Origin: Mycobacterium tuberculosis H37Rv
GTDB taxonomy: Bacteria > Actinomycetota > Actinomycetes > Mycobacteriales > Mycobacteriaceae
NCBI RefSeq assembly: GCF_000195955.2
Contig: NC_000962.3
Span: forward strand, 120,001-152,000
Length of the DNA: 32,000 nt
Direction of reading: 5' to 3'
A program made the translations under genes and the position numbers. How positions within the stretch are numbered: the first letter of the stretch is position 1; every line of letters starts with the position of its first letter. Positions 27,908 to 32,000 of this stretch are shown in pieces. The notes beneath the pieces are model-generated. The model was not told the origin of the DNA. It saw only the letters and a list, made by a program, of their open reading frames with translations, and made no database searches.

Positions 27908-28342
27908 TCAGGCGTGCCAGCTGGCCCAGCGCTGGACTGCTATTGCGATTACCGGGCCGTTCAACGGAACCGATTGGTATTGAGCATATTTGGCGCGCAG
28001 CAGGCGGTATGCGGCGCGCATCACCTCGCCATCGCGATGAATCGCGGCGACCCCGTCGGCCCGGACCCACCACAACTGGGTCCAATCATCGGCATAGCTG
28101 TCGACGAGCACGCTGGCCCGTGGATTGTGCTCGAGATTGGCGAGCCGGCGCAGCCGCTGCGTCGTTTTCCGCTTCGCGTCGACGGCGGTGTAGATAACGT
28201 CTGCACCGGTCGCCTCGGCCGGGCGCCTAGCGCCGAGCGCGAATACGACCGGCACCAGGTGGGGTGTGCCGTCGGGCGTGCTGGTGGCCAGTCGTGCGAC
28301 GGGGGACTGGGCAAACCTGAGCTTTGGGTCGAATTCCCCCAC
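27908..28342 (-). CDS. PPOX/F420-type flavin-binding family protein (Rv0121c-like)
   Basis: MGEFDPKLRFAQSPVARLATSTPDGTPHLVPVVFAL...VYTAVDAKRKTTQRLRRLANLEHNPRASVLVDSYADDWTQLWWVRADGVA, typical of F420-dependent/pyridoxamine-oxidase-like proteins. GTG start. Confidence 0.88.
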   Translation of the reverse strand: MGEFDPKLRFAQSPVARLATSTPDGTPHLVPVVFALGARRPAEATGADVIYTAVDAKRKTTQRLRRLANLEHNPRASVLVDSYADDWTQLWWVRADGVAAIHRDGEVMRAAYRLLRAKYAQYQSVPLNGPVIAIAVQRWASWHA

Positions 28343-28348
28343 GGCGCC

Positions 28349-28509
28349 AGCTTATGCTCAGCTGCCGCCCAACGTCGCGCAGTCTGGACGGCCAGACGTC
28401 GCGGCCGTGACAGCGGACATCTCGGGCAGCCCGGTCCATGGGGCGTGCGTGCTAATGGTGCCGGTGGTAATCCAGTGGCGCGCAAGGTAATTGGCCGGGT
28501 CGGTCTCGG
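28349..28509 (+). repeat. ~160-bp imperfect direct repeat, copy R1
   Basis: AGCTTATGCTCAGCTGCCGCCCAACGTCGCG...GGTAATCCAGTGGCGCGCAAGGTAATTGGCCGGGTCGGTCTCGG aligns to 29223..29384 with one 1-nt gap. Confidence 0.9.
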
Positions 28510-28615
28510 CCGCCGCAGGAATCGGTTGGGTCGGTTTGAACGTGACAGAGACGAACAGAGACCAGTGCTATCGCGTCGAACGGACGACCGTTGACGCTTT
28601 GACACATCCCGAGTA

Positions 28616-28631
28616 TCGAGTACATACTCGA
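28616..28631. promoter_or_regulatory. Palindrome/candidate operator overlapping a possible -10 region
   Basis: TCGAGTA-CA-TACTCGA: 7-bp perfect arms around a 2-nt centre. TTGACA at 28599..28604 lies 16 bp upstream of TACATA. Confidence 0.5.
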
Positions 28632-28634
28632 GGC

Positions 28635-28859
28635 GTGCAGCGGGTCAGGGTCACGAGGAACGCCCGGAAGCACCGCGTGTCCAAGCACCGCATCGTCGCC
28701 GCTATGCGCCACTGCGGTGTTCCGGTCATTCAGGAAGATGGCTCGCTGTACTACCAGGGCCGCGATACGTCGGGCCGTCTTACCGAGGTCGTCGCCGTCG
28801 AAGCCGACGACGGTGACCTGATCATCACTCACGCAATGCCGAAGGAGTGGAAGCGATGA
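28635..28859 (+). CDS. Small toxin-like protein (Rv0122-like; 74 aa from GTG 28635; longer TTG-start model 28491..28859)
   Basis: VQRVRVTRNARKHRVSKHRIVAAMRHCGVPVIQEDGSLYYQGRDTSGRLTEVVAVEADDGDLIITHAMPKEWKR. Small basic N-terminus; stop/start overlap (ATGA) with the next gene. Confidence 0.6.
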   Translation: MQRVRVTRNARKHRVSKHRIVAAMRHCGVPVIQEDGSLYYQGRDTSGRLTEVVAVEADDGDLIITHAMPKEWKR

Positions 28860-29224
28860 CGAAGAAGCCACGTAACCCCGCCGACTACGTGATCGGCGAC
28901 GATGTCGAGGTGTCTGACGTCGATCTCAAGCAAGAGGAGGTCTATGTCGATGGCGAGCGGCTAACGGACGAGCGCGTCGAGCAGATGGCTTCAGAGTCGC
29001 TGCGGCTGGCGCGCGAACGAGAAGCCAACCTGATTCCTGGCGGCAAGTCTCTGTCCGGCGGCTCTGCGCACTCGCCGGCTGTGCAGGTGGTCGTTTCGAA
29101 GGCTACCCACGCCAAGCTCAAGGAGCTGGCGCGCAGCCGGAAGATGAGCGTATCTAAGCTGCTGCGTCCCGTGCTCGACGAGTTCGTACAGCGAGAAACG
29201 GGTCGGATTCTCCCACGGCGTTAG
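28856..29224 (+). CDS. Antitoxin-like protein with possible C-terminal ribbon-helix-helix (Rv0123-like)
   Basis: ATG at 28856 overlaps the previous TGA. C-terminus VQVVVSKATHAKLKELARSRKMSVSKLLRPVLDEFVQRE resembles an RHH/CopG-like fold. 122 aa. Confidence 0.7.
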   Translation: MTKKPRNPADYVIGDDVEVSDVDLKQEEVYVDGERLTDERVEQMASESLRLAREREANLIPGGKSLSGGSAHSPAVQVVVSKATHAKLKELARSRKMSVSKLLRPVLDEFVQRETGRILPRR

Positions 29225-29384
29225 CTTGTGCTCAGCCGCCGCTCGACGTCGCGAAGTCTGGACAGTCAGCTGTCGCAGCCGTGACCAGCGGACATCTCGG
29301 GCAGCTAGCCCGACAGGGTGCGCGTGCACCTGGCCCGGGTGGTAATCCATTGACGCGCACGGCAATTGGCCGGCTCGGTCTCGG
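29223..29384 (+). repeat. ~160-bp imperfect direct repeat, copy R2
   Basis: AGCTTGTGCTCAGCCGCCGCTCGACGTCGCG...GGTAATCCATTGACGCGCACGGCAATTGGCCGGCTCGGTCTCGG pairs with 28349..28509. Confidence 0.9.
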
Positions 29385-29532
29385 TCTGCGGATACCGCAC
29401 TGAAGGGCGACAATTTTGGCGAAAAGGCCGTGTGCGGTGCCGGGTCGCGCTACGTTCAGATTCACCTAACAATGTCGTCCGCCAACGAGCGTGTTCGCCG
29501 GTGGTGGGGCGGGCGGGTTGGGGAGGTGTGTG

Positions 29533-30996
29533 ATGTCGTTTGTCAGCGTAGCCCCGGAGATTGTGGTGGCCGCGGCAACAGACCTGGCGGGTATCGGATC
29601 GGCGATCAGCGCGGCCAATGCCGCCGCGGCTGCGCCGACCACCGCCGTGCTGGCCGCGGGTGCCGATGAGGTGTCGGCGGCGATCGCGGCGCTGTTTTCC
29701 GGCCACGCTCAGGCCTATCAGGCGCTCAGCGCCCAGGCGGCGGCGTTTCATCAGCAGTTCGTGCAGACGCTTGCCGGTGGCGCTGGAGCATATGCGGCCG
29801 CCGAGGCCCAGGTCGAGCAGCAGCTGCTGGCCGCGATCAACGCGCCCACCCAGGCGCTGCTGGGGCGCCCCTTGATCGGCAACGGTGCCGATGGGGCGCC
29901 GGGGACTGGGCAGGCCGGCGGGGCTGGGGGGATCTTGTACGGCAATGGCGGCAATGGCGGCTCCGGGGCGGCTGGGCAGGCCGGGGGTGCCGGCGGGCCG
30001 GCCGGGCTGATCGGCCATGGCGGGTCCGGCGGGGCCGGCGGCTCCGGCGCGGCCGGCGGGGCCGGCGGGCACGGCGGATGGCTGTGGGGCAACGGCGGCG
30101 TCGGCGGATCCGGCGGGGCGGGTGTCGGCGCAGGCGTGGCTGGCGGTCACGGCGGTGCGGGCGGTGCCGCCGGGCTGTGGGGCGCCGGCGGCGGCGGTGG
30201 CAATGGCGGGAACGGCGCCGATGCCAACATCGTCAGCGGTGGAGACGGTGGCCTCGGCGGTGCCGGTGGCGGTGGCGGATGGCTCTACGGCGACGGCGGG
30301 GCCGGCGGACACGGCGGACAAGGCGCAATCGGCCTCGGCGGCGGCGCCGGCGGCGACGGGGGCCAGGGCGGCGCCGGCCGCGGACTGTGGGGTACTGGCG
30401 GCGCCGGCGGACACGGCGGGCAAGGCGGTGGTACCGGGGGCCCACCGCTGCCCGGTCAGGCAGGCATGGGCGCCGCGGGTGGCGCCGGTGGGCTGATCGG
30501 CAACGGCGGGGCCGGCGGCGACGGCGGTGTCGGCGCGTCCGGCGGGGTCGCCGGAGTAGGCGGTGCCGGCGGGAACGCCATGCTGATCGGGCACGGCGGC
30601 GCCGGCGGCGCCGGCGGAGACAGCAGTTTCGCTAATGGCGCGGCCGGCGGCGCGGGCGGTGCCGGAGGGCACCTCTTCGGCAATGGCGGGTCCGGCGGCC
30701 ACGGCGGAGCCGTCACGGCCGGCAACACCGGTATCGGTGGCGCCGGCGGCGTCGGTGGGGACGCCAGGCTGATCGGCCACGGTGGCGCCGGCGGTGCCGG
30801 CGGGGACCGCGCCGGAGCCTTGGTTGGCCGTGACGGCGGGCCCGGTGGGAACGGGGGCGCTGGCGGCCAGCTATACGGCAACGGCGGCGACGGCGCCCCC
30901 GGCACCGGCGGAACACTGCAGGCGGCGGTGAGCGGATTGGTGACGGCTTTGTTCGGTGCACCCGGCCAACCCGGCGACACCGGCCAACCCGGCTAG
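29533..30996 (+). CDS. PE_PGRS2: PE-PGRS family protein PE_PGRS2
   Basis: GGGGAGGTGTGTG then ATG. PE domain [48 protein letters not shown], then GGxGG repeats. 487 aa. Confidence 0.96.
   Translation: MSFVSVAPEIVVAAATDLAGIGSAISAANAAAAAPTTAVLAAGADEVSAAIAALFSGHAQAYQALSAQAAAFHQQFVQTLAGGAGAYAAAEAQVEQQLLAAINAPTQALLGRPLIGNGADGAPGTGQAGGAGGILYGNGGNGGSGAAGQAGGAGGPAGLIGHGGSGGAGGSGAAGGAGGHGGWLWGNGGVGGSGGAGVGAGVAGGHGGAGGAAGLWGAGGGGGNGGNGADANIVSGGDGGLGGAGGGGGWLYGDGGAGGHGGQGAIGLGGGAGGDGGQGGAGRGLWGTGGAGGHGGQGGGTGGPPLPGQAGMGAAGGAGGLIGNGGAGGDGGVGASGGVAGVGGAGGNAMLIGHGGAGGAGGDSSFANGAAGGAGGAGGHLFGNGGSGGHGGAVTAGNTGIGGAGGVGGDARLIGHGGAGGAGGDRAGALVGRDGGPGGNGGAGGQLYGNGGDGAPGTGGTLQAAVSGLVTALFGAPGQPGDTGQPG
29880..30900 (+). 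repeat. PGRS: imperfect GGC/GGN tandem coding repeat within PE_PGRS2
   Basis: Dense GGCGGNGCCGG-type repeats encoding GGAGG. Confidence 0.9.
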
Positions 30997-31147
30997 CCCC
31001 GATCAACGAGGGTTTCGGTGCCGGTCCGGGGCATGGCCATCCGCTGAGCTGGCGATCTGGACTACGTTGGTGTAGAAAAATCCTGCCGCCCGGACCCTTA
31101 AGGCTGGGACAATTTCTGATAGCTACCCCGACACAGGAGGTTACGGG

Positions 31148-32000
31148 ATGAGCAATTCGCGCCGCCGCTCACTCAGGTGGTCATGGTTGCTGAGCGTGCT
31201 GGCTGCCGTCGGGCTGGGCCTGGCCACGGCGCCGGCCCAGGCGGCCCCGCCGGCCTTGTCGCAGGACCGGTTCGCCGACTTCCCCGCGCTGCCCCTCGAC
31301 CCGTCCGCGATGGTCGCCCAAGTGGGGCCACAGGTGGTCAACATCAACACCAAACTGGGCTACAACAACGCCGTGGGCGCCGGGACCGGCATCGTCATCG
31401 ATCCCAACGGTGTCGTGCTGACCAACAACCACGTGATCGCGGGCGCCACCGACATCAATGCGTTCAGCGTCGGCTCCGGCCAAACCTACGGCGTCGATGT
31501 GGTCGGGTATGACCGCACCCAGGATGTCGCGGTGCTGCAGCTGCGCGGTGCCGGTGGCCTGCCGTCGGCGGCGATCGGTGGCGGCGTCGCGGTTGGTGAG
31601 CCCGTCGTCGCGATGGGCAACAGCGGTGGGCAGGGCGGAACGCCCCGTGCGGTGCCTGGCAGGGTGGTCGCGCTCGGCCAAACCGTGCAGGCGTCGGATT
31701 CGCTGACCGGTGCCGAAGAGACATTGAACGGGTTGATCCAGTTCGATGCCGCGATCCAGCCCGGTGATTCGGGCGGGCCCGTCGTCAACGGCCTAGGACA
31801 GGTGGTCGGTATGAACACGGCCGCGTCCGATAACTTCCAGCTGTCCCAGGGTGGGCAGGGATTCGCCATTCCGATCGGGCAGGCGATGGCGATCGCGGGC
31901 CAGATCCGATCGGGTGGGGGGTCACCCACCGTTCATATCGGGCCTACCGCCTTCCTCGGCTTGGGTGTTGTCGACAACAACGGCAACGGCGCACGAGTCC
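31148..32000 (+). CDS. pepA: Secreted serine protease PepA (Mtb32A), partial at window end
   Basis: ACAGGAGGTTACGGG then ATG. Signal peptide MSNSRRRSLRWSWLLSVLAAVGLGLATAPAQA. HtrA-like triad motifs TNNHVI, DVAVLQL, GDSGGP. The ORF continues off the window. Confidence 0.96.
   Translation, partial: MSNSRRRSLRWSWLLSVLAAVGLGLATAPAQAAPPALSQDRFADFPALPLDPSAMVAQVGPQVVNINTKLGYNNAVGAGTGIVIDPNGVVLTNNHVIAGATDINAFSVGSGQTYGVDVVGYDRTQDVAVLQLRGAGGLPSAAIGGGVAVGEPVVAMGNSGGQGGTPRAVPGRVVALGQTVQASDSLTGAEETLNGLIQFDAAIQPGDSGGPVVNGLGQVVGMNTAASDNFQLSQGGQGFAIPIGQAMAIAGQIRSGGGSPTVHIGPTAFLGLGVVDNNGNGARV

Noticed and set aside
28545-28562. ACAGAGAC direct repeat (two copies 10 bp apart) as an operator
   Set aside because: Short and easily fortuitous; noted only as lying upstream of the stronger palindrome at 28616..28631.
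29305-30780. 491-aa reverse-strand ORF opposite PE_PGRS2
   Set aside because: Low-complexity Ala/Gly/Pro/Thr translation mirroring the PGRS repeat; typical spurious high-GC ORF.
1-32000. Intact IS element, prophage, BGC or anti-phage defence island
   Set aside because: No transposase, integrase, phage structural, PKS/NRPS or recognisable defence genes found. The window is mostly conserved chromosomal genes.

Overview
This GC-rich 32 kb window matches my recall of the Mycobacterium tuberculosis complex chromosome, roughly Rv0103c (ctpB) to Rv0125 (pepA). The match rests on remembered protein sequences and gene order; no search was run. In order it contains: partial ctpB; an SAHH-like/cNMP-binding fusion; a zinc-independent-type L28 (rpmB1) divergent from a COG0523 protein with Zur-box-like sites between them; giant P-type ATPase ctpI; PE_PGRS1; a rhomboid protease; an OafA/SGNH acyltransferase; a heptose cluster (gca-gmhA-gmhB-hddA); ldtA; oxyS, oxcA and fadD7; fusA2; a small PPOX-like protein; a two-gene toxin-antitoxin-like pair; PE_PGRS2; and partial pepA. 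No rRNA, tRNA, CRISPR array or intact transposon was recognised. Most of the window is ordinary, well-known sequence. The best leads are: (1) a TA-like gene pair flanked by ~160 bp imperfect direct repeats, with a palindrome next to a possible leaderless start; (2) a 71 bp gapless direct repeat bracketing the heptose cluster, whose second copy supplies the hddA C-terminus; (3) an apparent +1 frameshift at the end of rpmB1; (4) a degenerate P-loop in the COG0523 protein; (5) a pseudo-ATPase half fused to an active half in CtpI; (6) several start-site corrections.
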